DNA of 61,464 bases from an uncultured bacterium (GTDB lineage: Bacteria > Krumholzibacteriota > Krumholzibacteriia > WVZY01), in contig CBDVBZ010000005.1 in the NCBI GenBank assembly GCA_965372355.1, forward strand, positions 1 to 61,464, in the 5' to 3' direction. The translations under genes were made by a program, and so were the position numbers. The notes beneath the pieces are model-generated. The model made no database searches. It was not told the origin of the DNA and was given only the letters and a program-made list of their open reading frames with translations. This document shows positions 1 through 10,722 of this stretch, piece after piece (position 1 is the stretch's first letter; each line of letters starts with the position of its first letter).

Positions 1-100
1 CCATGATGCAGGTCTACATCAGCTCGAAACCCGCACCTTTGCCATGAGGGGACATTATCTCGTGGCAGTTATGGGGACATTTTGACTTTGCTTAAACATG

Positions 101-2407
101 CTATCGGGACACCTTCCGGGGCAGCTCCCATTCGTCGTGGAGGATGATCTCGAGCGCCGCCTTGACCGGTTCCGGCTCGAAGTACACCGGGTGGAAACCC
201 CACACCACACTTCGCGCACCAATGGCACCCGGAGCATCGGCAATTCGGGTCTCGAACTGCCTCGTCCAGAAGGCGACGGGGGCGGAGTAGATCACCGAGG
301 CGTCATCCGGGCAGCCGTTCCCGTATATCGGCTCAAAACAGCTCCTGGGCGGATCGATATCAGCCACCACGGCGCACGGTGTCAACTCGCTGAAGTATAG
401 CGGGTTGTAGATGTCTACCACGAGCCCGGCAATCTCGTGGAATCTGCCGGGACCGGCGACCTCCGGCCGGAGCTCCAGCCTCGGGAAACCGCCACCGGTC
501 GTCATGTCGATCGGCAGCGCCGCCCGCATGCCGTCCTTGATGCGGTCGTTGTTACGGATCCGATCGACTGGACAGCGCTGACTGCCACCCGTTCGGCGAA
601 CCTGGTTACGGTTCCGGAGATAGCTCTGGTCCAGAACGTTGAGGCAACACTCGCTATAGGCAAACGAATCCTCGCCGACTCCGTAGTGGCCGACATCGTT
701 CCCGTCACCCGTGTAGACCCCATCCTGATCACCACCCAGCTCGTAACGAAAGATGATCGGAAAGACGTTGATACGTTCCATAACCGTGGGATTGATCACC
801 ATCGTCATGATCTGGTTGCCGGCGAGCAACACATGCCCGCCCGCTGCCATATACATGGCCACGAGGTTTGGCGTGATTCTGCCAAAGGCTGGCGACCGAT
901 CCGGATCGCGAAACGTGATCAGCTCGTCCAGATAAGCCGGTGACTCACCGGATGCATCACCCGTGGCGTTCCAGATCACGTTTTTGTATTTGGCGAGCAC
1001 CTGTATTGGCAGATCGGCCCGCCCCGTACCACCCAGCTCGAACACATCGGTACGGGGATTGAACCCGGCGACCGATTCCAGCATGTCCAACCAGAACTGG
1101 TCGTGCTCGGTATCGCACGGCGTGATCCCCCCATTGTCGGCAAAGCACGTGAGATTCTCGATCCAGTCATCCACCAGAAGCAGGTCGTTTTCCATCGTGA
1201 AGGGGACGATATTAATCACGGTCTCAAAACGCGTGATGAACCCACTGTTGTCTTGGACCTCGATGAGCGCACTATGGGTCCCGAAGAAGAAAGGCCCACC
1301 CGAGCATATGGCGGTTTCCCCGACGAACGGTGTCCAGTCATCGTCGTCGTTGGGGTCTATCACGTTCCACCTGCAGCGATAGCCGACAATAACGCCGCCA
1401 TAAGCCTCTGCGGTGGCACTGAATTCGAATGTGATCTCCAGACCCGATGGCAGATCCATGATCACGGGCGGGGTGTTAAACGACGCGGTTCGGATCGTGC
1501 CCATGTAAGGGTTGTAGACGGTGAGGATGGGCCACCCGTCTGTCCGCACAATGATTCGTCTCAGGTTTGTGCGATGGTCAAAAACCGGCGTGACCGCACC
1601 CGCTTCGTCCATCGCCTGGACGGCAAAATAGTAACTGCCATAGTCGAGCGGAGGCGTCGTCCAGAATTGGCCGCTGTCATCAGGAGCCTGGTACCACTTC
1701 CAGCCGGACCACTCTTCCGCGTCCGGGTTTTGCTGGATGTACTCCAGGCCTGCGGCCCAGCGATCGGGCGCGCTATTGAACCGCTCCAACGGCAATAGCA
1801 TATGCCGCACGGAGTCCGGCTCCTGAGTCCCGGCTCCGTCGGGGTCACTCGCTTCCCACCGAAACGTCGTGATCGGCGGGACCGGGCTGGCGTTGAGCCC
1901 GCTCGGACGCGGCGTGATGATAAACACGGTCGGCGAGAGCGTCGTTGCAGTGAATGAGCGGTAGGCCGGCAACCGTGAGCCAGCGCCTTCGCCATCAACG
2001 GCTCTTATGAAAAACGTGTGAGACCGCTTGAATGTGTACGGACCGTTGTCGTCGAGCCCCGAGCTGTCCGCCACCTGGTCTGCCGAGAATGTGAAGAGCG
2101 AGTCGTGCCCGTCTGCCCGTGACCACTTGAGGTCGCCGGGCGTGGATACCGTATCGGAAGGCATGAACACACCGGATTCGTTGTCCGTGATCGCGTACTC
2201 GTAGAACGCAATGGTGCCATCGGGGTCCCACCCACCCCAGTTGAACCGAATACGATAGTCCGTGGTCGAGCCTTCCGGCGGGCCACTGCTCAGCCACACG
2301 ACCGGAGGCTCGTTACAGAGACACCCATCGACGACGGTCTCATCCGAGCAGCCAACGAGGGCAAGAATCGCCCCGAGGAAAAGAAGAGAGCACAAACGAC
2401 GCTTCAT
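101..2407 (-). CDS. Large Cys-rich lipoprotein, paralog A (768 aa), unknown function
   Basis: Start moved to MKRRLCSLLFLGAILALVGC (lipobox LVGC). Colinear along its length with 2545..4875 and 6393..8726. Confidence 0.85.
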   Translation of the reverse strand: MKRRLCSLLFLGAILALVGCSDETVVDGCLCNEPPVVWLSSGPPEGSTTDYRIRFNWGGWDPDGTIAFYEYAITDNESGVFMPSDTVSTPGDLKWSRADGHDSLFTFSADQVADSSGLDDNGPYTFKRSHTFFIRAVDGEGAGSRLPAYRSFTATTLSPTVFIITPRPSGLNASPVPPITTFRWEASDPDGAGTQEPDSVRHMLLPLERFNSAPDRWAAGLEYIQQNPDAEEWSGWKWYQAPDDSGQFWTTPPLDYGSYYFAVQAMDEAGAVTPVFDHRTNLRRIIVRTDGWPILTVYNPYMGTIRTASFNTPPVIMDLPSGLEITFEFSATAEAYGGVIVGYRCRWNVIDPNDDDDWTPFVGETAICSGGPFFFGTHSALIEVQDNSGFITRFETVINIVPFTMENDLLLVDDWIENLTCFADNGGITPCDTEHDQFWLDMLESVAGFNPRTDVFELGGTGRADLPIQVLAKYKNVIWNATGDASGESPAYLDELITFRDPDRSPAFGRITPNLVAMYMAAGGHVLLAGNQIMTMVINPTVMERINVFPIIFRYELGGDQDGVYTGDGNDVGHYGVGEDSFAYSECCLNVLDQSYLRNRNQVRRTGGSQRCPVDRIRNNDRIKDGMRAALPIDMTTGGGFPRLELRPEVAGPGRFHEIAGLVVDIYNPLYFSELTPCAVVADIDPPRSCFEPIYGNGCPDDASVIYSAPVAFWTRQFETRIADAPGAIGARSVVWGFHPVYFEPEPVKAALEIILHDEWELPRKVSR

Positions 2408-2544
2408 ACCTAACCCTCTGTTGGGCAAAGCGTTACTATATGCGTGGGGTTGATAAGACCGGGTGGGGCTCAGTGGGGAATCTACTGCAAGTATGTGGAC
2501 ACCCCCCACCCAGTCAACCCCGGAAGAGCCGCGCCGCGGATCCC

Positions 2545-4875
2545 CTAGTTGCGTTCCAGTTGCCATTCGTCGTGGACGATGACTCCAATCGCATCTCGAA
2601 CTTGATCGGGATTGAAGTAGACGGCGTGGAATCCCCACACCACACTTCGCGCACCAATGGCACCCGGAGCATCGGCAATTCGGGTTTCGAACTGCCTCGT
2701 CCAGAAGGCGACCGGCGCGTTGTAGATCAGCGACGACGTATTATCGCAGCCGTTCCCGTAGATAGGCTGAAAGCAATCCCTGTAGGGAATCGTTTCGGTC
2801 ACTCCCCCACAGGGCGTCATCGTCGCAAAGTATTCGGGGTTGTAGATGTCCACGACCAGTCCCGTGTTCGCGTAGAACAACCCGGGGTTCGACACCTCGG
2901 GACGAAGATCCATTTGCGGGAACCCGTCGCCCGTCGCCACGTCGATGGGCACGGCCTGTCGCATGCCGTCCCGGCTGCGGCTGTTGTCGCGGATCAGATT
3001 GACTGGACACCGCTGGCCACCGGTGGAGGTCTGCTGGCGTACCTGGTTCTGGTTCTGCAGATAGGTCAGGTCGAGCACGTTGAGGCAGCACTCGTCGTAG
3101 GCAAACGACGCCTCACCAACACCAACGATACCCACCTCGTTTGGAGGAGTGGTATACGTCCCGTCCTGGTCACCCGTGAGCTCGTACCGGAAGATGATTG
3201 GGAAGAGGTTGAGAGTGCCCATAACAGGGGGGTTGATCACCATTGTCATGATCTGATTGCCTGCGAGCATGATGTGTCCCCCCGCCGCCATATACAACGC
3301 GACGAGGTTGGGGGATATCTTCCCTCCCGACGCGCCGCCCTCCGGATCGGGGAAGGTGATCATCTGGTCGAGGAACGCACCGGCTTCTCCCGACGGGCTG
3401 CCGGTCGCGATCCATATGATGTTCTTGTACTTGGCCAAAACCTGAATCGGTAGATCGTTTCTCCCGCCGACGTTCAATTCGAAAACGTCCACATTGGGAT
3501 TGAATCCCTTGACGGTACCCAGCACGTACTCCCAGAAGCTGTCGTGTTCCGCATCGCTCGGCGTGATGCCTCCGGTCGCCTGAAAGCTCTCGAAGCCCTC
3601 GAGCCAGTCATCCACAAGAAGCAGATCGCTCTCCATCGTGAACGGTACGATGTTGACCCTCACTTCTACGCGAGACTTGAAACCGGAATTGTCGATGACC
3701 TCGATGAAGAAGCTATGAGTACCAAAGAAGAACGTACGTGGCGGCGACTGAGCTCTCTCACCAACAAAGGGTGTATAATCGATTTCCCACTGCTCGTCGT
3801 CATTTAGATCGAGGATGTCCCATCCGTAACGATATCCAGACACAAGCCCGCCGTAGCTCTCCGCATCCGCCCAGAACTCGAACGTCATGGCCACGCCGGC
3901 CGGCAGATCGATGATCGTCGGTGGGGTGTTGGGGCTTGCCGTACGCTGGCAGCCGATAAACTGGTTGCAGACAGTAAGAATCGGCCCGCTGGTTCGAGGG
4001 CCCACGAGGATTCGTCGCAGGTTCCAGTCGAGGTCGAAAACGGGGCTCACGGCACCGGCCTCGTCCACTGCCTGAGCGGCGAAATAGTAGCTCCCCCAAT
4101 CGAGTGCCCGCGAGGTCCAGAACCTACCACTGTCTCCCGGGGCCGAGTACCATTCCCACTCGGACCACTCTTCCGCGTCCGGGTTTTCCCGGATGTAGTC
4201 GAGAGCGGCAACCCAACGATCGTGGGCGTCGTTGAATTTGTTCAGCGGTACCAAAATATGCCGCACGGAATCCGGGTCCTGGATCTGGGCAATATTGTCC
4301 ACGTAATCGGTAGCCGTCCAGCGAAACGTCGTGATCGGCGGCACCTCGGCGGCGTTGAGTCTGCTGCGGGTTGGAATGTTGACAAAGACCGTTGGGGACA
4401 ACGTTCTCGATGTAAACGACCGGTAGGCGGGCCTTGCCGACCTCATACCCTCCTCGTCGACGGCCCGGATAAAGAACGTGTGGGATCGTCTGAATTCCTC
4501 GGGCGTGTGGGAGCCGCCGAAGTCAATGGCCGTGCTGTCCGGAATCAAATCGGCCGAAAACACGAACGTCGAATCGTGCGAATACACCCGATTCCACTTG
4601 TAGTCCCCCGCAGTCGACGTTGTATCAGCGGGATCGAAAACGCCTGTCTCGTTGTTCGTGACGACGTACTCGTAGAACGCAACTTCGCCGTCCGGGTCCC
4701 ATCCTCCCCAGTACAAATGAATCGTGTAGGCACTTACCGAGCCCTCCGGTGGAGCACTCGAGAGCCAGACGGTCGGTGGTTGGTTGTCCAGGCCGGGCCC
4801 ACCCTCATCACCACAACCGCACAACTGCAACGCCAGGAACATCCCAACCGCTACACACTGGATGATCCTCCCCAT
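2545..4875 (-). CDS. Large Cys-rich lipoprotein, paralog B (776 aa)
   Basis: GGAGG RBS before ATG 4875; signal peptide ends LQLCGC. Shares motifs such as YWGGWDPDG, HTFFIRAVD and ECCLNVLD with paralogs A and C. Confidence 0.85.
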   Translation of the reverse strand: MGRIIQCVAVGMFLALQLCGCGDEGGPGLDNQPPTVWLSSAPPEGSVSAYTIHLYWGGWDPDGEVAFYEYVVTNNETGVFDPADTTSTAGDYKWNRVYSHDSTFVFSADLIPDSTAIDFGGSHTPEEFRRSHTFFIRAVDEEGMRSARPAYRSFTSRTLSPTVFVNIPTRSRLNAAEVPPITTFRWTATDYVDNIAQIQDPDSVRHILVPLNKFNDAHDRWVAALDYIRENPDAEEWSEWEWYSAPGDSGRFWTSRALDWGSYYFAAQAVDEAGAVSPVFDLDWNLRRILVGPRTSGPILTVCNQFIGCQRTASPNTPPTIIDLPAGVAMTFEFWADAESYGGLVSGYRYGWDILDLNDDEQWEIDYTPFVGERAQSPPRTFFFGTHSFFIEVIDNSGFKSRVEVRVNIVPFTMESDLLLVDDWLEGFESFQATGGITPSDAEHDSFWEYVLGTVKGFNPNVDVFELNVGGRNDLPIQVLAKYKNIIWIATGSPSGEAGAFLDQMITFPDPEGGASGGKISPNLVALYMAAGGHIMLAGNQIMTMVINPPVMGTLNLFPIIFRYELTGDQDGTYTTPPNEVGIVGVGEASFAYDECCLNVLDLTYLQNQNQVRQQTSTGGQRCPVNLIRDNSRSRDGMRQAVPIDVATGDGFPQMDLRPEVSNPGLFYANTGLVVDIYNPEYFATMTPCGGVTETIPYRDCFQPIYGNGCDNTSSLIYNAPVAFWTRQFETRIADAPGAIGARSVVWGFHAVYFNPDQVRDAIGVIVHDEWQLERN

Positions 4876-5049
4876 AACTACCTCCAAAACGACGACCAAA
4901 CGACGGAAATCAACGTATCAGAACCACCGGTCCGCGCCCTTTCGCCGATCCGGTGGGGTCAACAAGCACGCAACCATGACCTGTGTGGGGGAATACAGCA
5001 GACGAAACCAGGCAAACGGCCCGCCGGGGCTGGTGTGGGCGACCGGCCG

Positions 5050-6369
5050 CTAACGTATAATGATGAGCCGGCCGTAGACTCCTTCACCGTTCTTGTTCTC
5101 GCATCGGTATATGTACGCACCGGACGAAACGAATGAGCCGGCCGTGTTCCGCGTATCCCACTCCAGGTTGCCGATGCCGCCGGTGTTATTGATCTCGAAA
5201 ACAAAATCGCCTGCTATCGTATAGATGCGGAGCTTGCACTCGGCAGGCACGTTGACGAACCTGACCTTGTTGTCGGGAAAATTGTGATAGTTAAGCGTCG
5301 TGTACTGCGACGACCCCGAGCGGTACGGGTTTGGCACCGCATATACTTGCATCATGTCATTCTGAGGAGTCACGATCGTCGTCACGGGCACGAGCTGATC
5401 GGGGCATGGAAACGGCTCGCCCTCGGTCACCGGACAGTTATCGAACTTGAACAAACCCTGGGAATGGGACTTCACATTGTAGCCTCGGTCGAACGTCGTC
5501 ACTGCGTATTGATATGTAAATCCATTGAACGCGTTGTCATCGACCCACACAAACTCGTCAGGACCGAGGACGTTGTTTGGATGGATACCGTTGATATCGA
5601 TCTGAATGCCGTACCGGTCGTACCTACCCGACGAACGAAGAGAATCGATAATCTCACCGAAGTAAAGCTGATCCAACGGGGATCCCCGGAACGCTTCCTC
5701 CTTGGATAGCTCACCGAGCACCGTCAGATCGCTGCCGTCCGCGTTTACTCCCCTCCACATGTGGAAGCCCTCGAAGTCCTCCACACCCACAGTGAAAACC
5801 CCGTTGCTGTCAATCAGCCCCGGCCCAAAATGGAGGTTGATACCCAGATCGAGCGTATCGCCGTCGAACTCGTTGACAAAGAAGAGAGGGATCGGATCAC
5901 CCGGTTGGTAGCTGGCCCCGACATCCAACGTCTTGTTGTAGACCTCTTGCGCTATGATCTCATAGCGGATCGTGACTACCCCCGTCGTATCCGTCCCACC
6001 CACGCCTACCCGCCCGTTCCGCAGGGCTCGGAAGCCAATCGTACGGTCGATGTCCCCGGTATGCGCTCCGCTTGTCATTGGCACGGAGAGAGACTCCTGT
6101 ACCGACGTCGAAGTGGAGGCGTTCCAACCCAATGTGTCGGGCTGATGGATGAACGTACCCATACTGTCGGGAGGACCCTCCCAGAAAATGTAGTTTTCGA
6201 ACCACTGGCGGTTCGCGTTCATAACCGGGATCACAAAGACATTCTCGGGCTGCTGCAGTTCCAGCGAATCGGGTCGGCTAACTTGCCCGGCACTGCTACG
6301 GGGCACCGCGAACAGTACCACGAGAACTACGTAGAAGAATCCTGCAGCCTTGAGGCCTCTGAACGACAC
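5050..6369 (-). CDS. Secreted protein with FlgD-Ig/T9SS-type C-terminal domain (439 aa)
   Basis: AGGAGG RBS before GTG 6369; signal peptide. C-terminus VYAVPNPY...LRIYTIAG...WD...SSGAYIY...RLIIIR. Confidence 0.8.
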   Translation of the reverse strand: MSFRGLKAAGFFYVVLVVLFAVPRSSAGQVSRPDSLELQQPENVFVIPVMNANRQWFENYIFWEGPPDSMGTFIHQPDTLGWNASTSTSVQESLSVPMTSGAHTGDIDRTIGFRALRNGRVGVGGTDTTGVVTIRYEIIAQEVYNKTLDVGASYQPGDPIPLFFVNEFDGDTLDLGINLHFGPGLIDSNGVFTVGVEDFEGFHMWRGVNADGSDLTVLGELSKEEAFRGSPLDQLYFGEIIDSLRSSGRYDRYGIQIDINGIHPNNVLGPDEFVWVDDNAFNGFTYQYAVTTFDRGYNVKSHSQGLFKFDNCPVTEGEPFPCPDQLVPVTTIVTPQNDMMQVYAVPNPYRSGSSQYTTLNYHNFPDNKVRFVNVPAECKLRIYTIAGDFVFEINNTGGIGNLEWDTRNTAGSFVSSGAYIYRCENKNGEGVYGRLIIIR

Positions 6370-6392
6370 GATCGTTTCCCTCCTAGATTGCC

Positions 6393-8726
6393 CTAGTTCT
6401 TCATCTCGAGTTGCCACTCGTCGTGAACGATGATTCCGATCGCTTCTTTGACTTGATCGGGTTTGAAGTAAACAGGGTGAAATCCCCAGACCGCGCTTCG
6501 TGCACCCACCGCTCCAGCAACGTCGGCCACGCGAAGCTCAAACTGAGACGTCCAGAAAGCCACGTCGGTATTGTAAACGAGCGACGAGGTGTTGGAGCAT
6601 CCATTCCCGTAAATCGGCTCATAGCAATCCCTCGGCGGATCAAACTCCGTCACACCGTCACACGCTGTTAGTTCCGGGAAATACGGTGGGTTATAAAGGT
6701 CAGCCACAAGCCCCGTCACCTCGTAGAACCTGCCCGGAGCGGATACCTCGGGACGAAGCTCCAGCTGCGGGAATACCCGCCCATTGGCTTGCTCCTTTGG
6801 CAGCGCCGTCCGCATACCGTCTTTGAGGCGGCTCCGGTCACGAATCAGGTTGACCCCACAACGCTGGTCCTCACCCGTGCGGCGAATCTGGTTGGCATTC
6901 TGAACATAGGTCACGTCAAGTACATTGACGCAACACTCATTGTAGGAGAACGAGTTCTCCCCAATGCCCACAACGCCCACGATGTTTCCCTGGCCTGTGT
7001 AGCTTCCATCCTGATCGCCGCCGAGTTCATAACGAAAGATCATCGGGAACATGTTGATACCCTGCCCGACAAACACCTTGGGGTTGATCACCATCGTCAG
7101 GATCTGATTGCCGCACAGAAATGCGTGCCCACCGGCCGCCATATACAACGCAACGATGTTGGGTGTGGTTGTGCCACCCGACGACGTCTCGTCCGGGTTG
7201 GGGAACTTGATAACCTGATTGAGGAATGCACCCGCTTCAGCTGCGGAGTTGCCCGTCGCGTTCCATATCAGATTCTTGTACTTGGCGATCGTCTGAATCG
7301 GCAACTCGTTCCTGCCACCAAGGCCCAGCTCGAACATGTCGGTATTGGCATTGAATCCTGCGACCGTATCCAGAATATAGGCCCAGAAAGCGTCGTGCTC
7401 TGCGTCGCACGGCGCGGTACCGCCGTTCTGCGCAAAACAGACGTCGAGCTCGATCCAGTCATCAACATACAGCAGATCGTTTTCAAATGTGAACGGTACG
7501 ATGTTGACCCGCACCTCGACGCGGGACTTGAACCCGGAGTTGTCGACGACCTCTATAAAAAAGCTATGAGTGCCAAAAAAGAAGGTCCGCGGCGGCGACT
7601 GCGCCCTGTCGCCGACAAAGGGCGTGAAATCGATTTCCCACTGCTCATCGTCATTGAGATCGAGGATGTCCCACCCGTAGCGATAACCGGACACCAAACC
7701 GCCATAGCTTGATGCGTCAGCTTCAAACTCGAAAAACATCGGGACCCCGGCAGGCAGATCGATGATTGCAGGCGGTGTATTCGGGCTGGCCGTGCGTATC
7801 GTACCGATAAACTGGTTGATAACCGTCAGAATTGGCCCGCTCGAACGGGGCCCTACGAGGATTCGTCTGAGGTTTTGGGCAAGATCGAAAACGGGACTTA
7901 TCGCGCCAGCCTCATCCATCGCCTGCGCCGCAAATAAGTAGCTACCCCAATCGAGCGGTGGCGACGTCCAGAACCTGCCGCTGTCTTCCGGTGCCGAGTA
8001 CCATTTCCAATCGGACCACTCGTCGGCATCCTGGTTCTGCCGGATGTAGTCGAGGGCAGCAGCCCAACGATCTGGCGCCGTGTCGAAGTTCGCCAGCGGG
8101 GCGAGGATATGCCGGACAGAATCCGGGTCCTGGATCTGGGCGATATTGTCCACATAGTCCCACGATGTCCAGCGGAAGGTTGTAATCGGGGGAACCTCCG
8201 CGGCGTTGAGCCCGCTGGCGATCGGAATATTGACAAAAACGGTGGGAGACAGCGTCCTTGCCGTGAACGACCGGTAGGCCGGGTGAGTCGACCTCACGCC
8301 ATCACGATCCACGGCGCGCACGAAGAACGTGTGTGACCTTCTGAACTCTTCAGGCTTATGCGCGCCCTCGAAGTCAATGGTCGTACTGTCGGGAATCAGA
8401 TCTGCCGAGAACGTAAAAACGGAGTCGTTGGAGTTCACGCGATCCCATTTGTAGTCCCCCGGAGTCGACGTCGTGTCGACCGGATCGAAAACCCCCGTCA
8501 GGTTGTTGGTGATAACATACTCGTAAAAGTCTATCTCACCATCCGGATCCCATCCCCCCCAATACAAATGGACGGTGTAGCTTCTGACCGAGCCTTCCGG
8601 TGGTGCGCTCGAAAGCCACACGGTTGGAGGCTCGTTGCTAAATTGAGTCCCGGCTTCGTCACTACAACCCCAGAAATGTGCGCTAACAAACAACACAACG
8701 GCGGCGTAACGAATGATCCTGCTCAT
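6393..8726 (-). CDS. Large Cys-rich lipoprotein, paralog C (777 aa)
   Basis: GGAG RBS; signal peptide ends FWGC; colinear with paralogs A and B. Confidence 0.87.
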   Translation of the reverse strand: MSRIIRYAAVVLFVSAHFWGCSDEAGTQFSNEPPTVWLSSAPPEGSVRSYTVHLYWGGWDPDGEIDFYEYVITNNLTGVFDPVDTTSTPGDYKWDRVNSNDSVFTFSADLIPDSTTIDFEGAHKPEEFRRSHTFFVRAVDRDGVRSTHPAYRSFTARTLSPTVFVNIPIASGLNAAEVPPITTFRWTSWDYVDNIAQIQDPDSVRHILAPLANFDTAPDRWAAALDYIRQNQDADEWSDWKWYSAPEDSGRFWTSPPLDWGSYLFAAQAMDEAGAISPVFDLAQNLRRILVGPRSSGPILTVINQFIGTIRTASPNTPPAIIDLPAGVPMFFEFEADASSYGGLVSGYRYGWDILDLNDDEQWEIDFTPFVGDRAQSPPRTFFFGTHSFFIEVVDNSGFKSRVEVRVNIVPFTFENDLLYVDDWIELDVCFAQNGGTAPCDAEHDAFWAYILDTVAGFNANTDMFELGLGGRNELPIQTIAKYKNLIWNATGNSAAEAGAFLNQVIKFPNPDETSSGGTTTPNIVALYMAAGGHAFLCGNQILTMVINPKVFVGQGINMFPMIFRYELGGDQDGSYTGQGNIVGVVGIGENSFSYNECCVNVLDVTYVQNANQIRRTGEDQRCGVNLIRDRSRLKDGMRTALPKEQANGRVFPQLELRPEVSAPGRFYEVTGLVADLYNPPYFPELTACDGVTEFDPPRDCYEPIYGNGCSNTSSLVYNTDVAFWTSQFELRVADVAGAVGARSAVWGFHPVYFKPDQVKEAIGIIVHDEWQLEMKN

Positions 8727-8751
8727 ACTTCTCTCCAGACGATACAGGTGT

Positions 8752-10653
8752 CTAAATCTTCTTTTTCACGACGGCCAAATAAAATCGCTGTCCCCCCAAA
8801 CCGCTCCAGCGGGCCACAGGCGACGCGTTGTACGTATTCAAGCGAAGCTTGGTACTGTTGACGTCCGCGGGGTTTGGCCGGACATACATGAACTGCTCGT
8901 ATATATCGGTCAACGCGAGATCGCGGCCACGAACCGTGAAATCGTATTCCGTATTCAGATAGCCGGGAAGTCTGGCAAAGTCCTCCATCCAGTACGACGG
9001 ATCCACAGGGTCCCACTTGTAACGCCGTGACAACTTGACGGTGTCGGCGAGGACGTTGATGGTCATCCCATCCGCCCAGAACCCGGACTGATTCAACCTC
9101 TCGATCGTCCCAGTACTCGTACGGAGGAACGTATAGAGCCAGCCCTTGATGCCGGCGCCATCTTGCTCCTTCGGGCTGTCGTGTCCCGACGCACTGATCA
9201 CAAAGTAGAACTCTTTGACGACCTGGGGATCGAACGGGTTGCTAAAGTCCACGGTATCCGTAAACGTCCCTTTGTAATTCGCGGGATACCAGTAGTTCCA
9301 GGTGAGCGTGTCGCCGTCACCCGGTATGGTGCCGTCGTAGTTCACGAGGCCGAAGCTGTCGAGCGTGGGCTCGAAGTTCCCCGTCAACGGAACCTCGGCC
9401 GGGGTGCCATCCGGTTTCTCGTACTCGTCGATGGACCTCACACGAATGTTATAGGTCTCGCTCCCGACGGTCAGAGACGTCGAATCCGGTGTGCCGAACT
9501 CGTTATTGTCTTCTCCATTCTCCGGCAGCCACCGGACGGTTGAGCTTACGAGAGACCCTCCCCGGGCCGGGCCCCCGTTGATATCAGCGGTCCGCCGATA
9601 CTGAACCTGATAGGTGATGCACTTGTTCTGGATATCAGTGCAGAGCGAGCTATCTGCAGCGGGTTTGTCCCATCCCTGATAGAACATCGTCACCCAGCTG
9701 GAGTACGGCACGGTGTCGGGTTCACTGTCCTGGAAGTCCACTGAATCGACAACCGTCACGCCATCTTTTGAATACGTGTTGAGAATTTTGAAGATATGGG
9801 TATCCGGTTCGTAATTGACGACGACCTGGCAGACACCTTGCGTGAACTGCCCGGCGTCAACCCGCGACTCCGCACCGGCGTCGTCCCGAACCTGTGCCGC
9901 GAGCCGGAACCGACCGCTCGGAATCACATCGGCATCCCTGTTTTCGAGCACGCGCAGCGTGTCCGCAAGATCTTCGGTCCAAACATCCGCGCCCTCCATT
10001 GCTACATTGGACGTCAGCGGAAAGAACTTGTACGCGCGGATCTCTCCGTTGGCCGTCGATCCGGAGTAATAAATATTGAACGGCCGAAACATCCCGACTG
10101 TATCCAGCTCGGCATTGTTAAAGTCCTTCTTCACGGCCGTCCGGCTGCCATCTGGATGAACAACTGTGATCTCGGTCTCAAAGTTGATCCTGGGGAGCTT
10201 GTCGACTGTGGCGACAAACTCGATCGCCGCCGGAAGAGGATCGTACTTGCCGGCGTCATCGATCGCAGAAATATAGAATGCCTGCCGGTTCTTCTTCAGC
10301 CCCACACCGCCGACATTTCTGAAAGCGGTGAAGGAAAAGACCGAGTCTGTGCGGCTAGTGAACTGCCCTTCCCGAAGATCCCGAATACGCTCCGCGGGAT
10401 TCCAGCCCAGAGGAGGCGGTGTGATCGAGTCCTTGATCGTCCAAATGTAGCGCGTAACGATGCCGTCGCGATCAATGCCGCGCCAGTAGACATGCACCAG
10501 ATAGTTATACTCGGTGGAATCCGGCGGCGCATACCATACTTCTGTATCGGGCGCACGGTTGGTATCTACCAGCGTAGGCTGGTTCCGCCTGCAGGAATGC
10601 AGCACAACCGTCAAGCAAACGACGAATAAGAAAAAACCCACTCTCAGCTTCAT
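8752..10653 (-). CDS. Lipoprotein with repeated Ig/FN3-like modules, distant relative of the three paralogs
   Basis: Lipobox LHSC. N-terminal APP...VHVYWRGIDRDG resembles APP...IHLYWGGWDPDG of the paralogs. Confidence 0.82.
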   Translation of the reverse strand: MKLRVGFFLFVVCLTVVLHSCRRNQPTLVDTNRAPDTEVWYAPPDSTEYNYLVHVYWRGIDRDGIVTRYIWTIKDSITPPPLGWNPAERIRDLREGQFTSRTDSVFSFTAFRNVGGVGLKKNRQAFYISAIDDAGKYDPLPAAIEFVATVDKLPRINFETEITVVHPDGSRTAVKKDFNNAELDTVGMFRPFNIYYSGSTANGEIRAYKFFPLTSNVAMEGADVWTEDLADTLRVLENRDADVIPSGRFRLAAQVRDDAGAESRVDAGQFTQGVCQVVVNYEPDTHIFKILNTYSKDGVTVVDSVDFQDSEPDTVPYSSWVTMFYQGWDKPAADSSLCTDIQNKCITYQVQYRRTADINGGPARGGSLVSSTVRWLPENGEDNNEFGTPDSTSLTVGSETYNIRVRSIDEYEKPDGTPAEVPLTGNFEPTLDSFGLVNYDGTIPGDGDTLTWNYWYPANYKGTFTDTVDFSNPFDPQVVKEFYFVISASGHDSPKEQDGAGIKGWLYTFLRTSTGTIERLNQSGFWADGMTINVLADTVKLSRRYKWDPVDPSYWMEDFARLPGYLNTEYDFTVRGRDLALTDIYEQFMYVRPNPADVNSTKLRLNTYNASPVARWSGLGGQRFYLAVVKKKI

Positions 10654-10722
10654 GCTAAAGGATGCTCCTTAAACTCAAGAGGCTTTGTGGGGTTTGACGG
10701 GGACTAAATCCGAAGCGCTTTG

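Noticed and set aside
1-47. 3' end of a convergent plus-strand gene
   Set aside because: Only 15 codons are visible, too short to call.
191-2712. Diversity-generating retroelement (TR/VR pair near an RT fragment)
   Set aside because: Both differences do fall on coding-strand adenines of copy B, but there are only two and both are synonymous. Both copies lie inside genes, and the RT fragment belongs to a group IIC intron.
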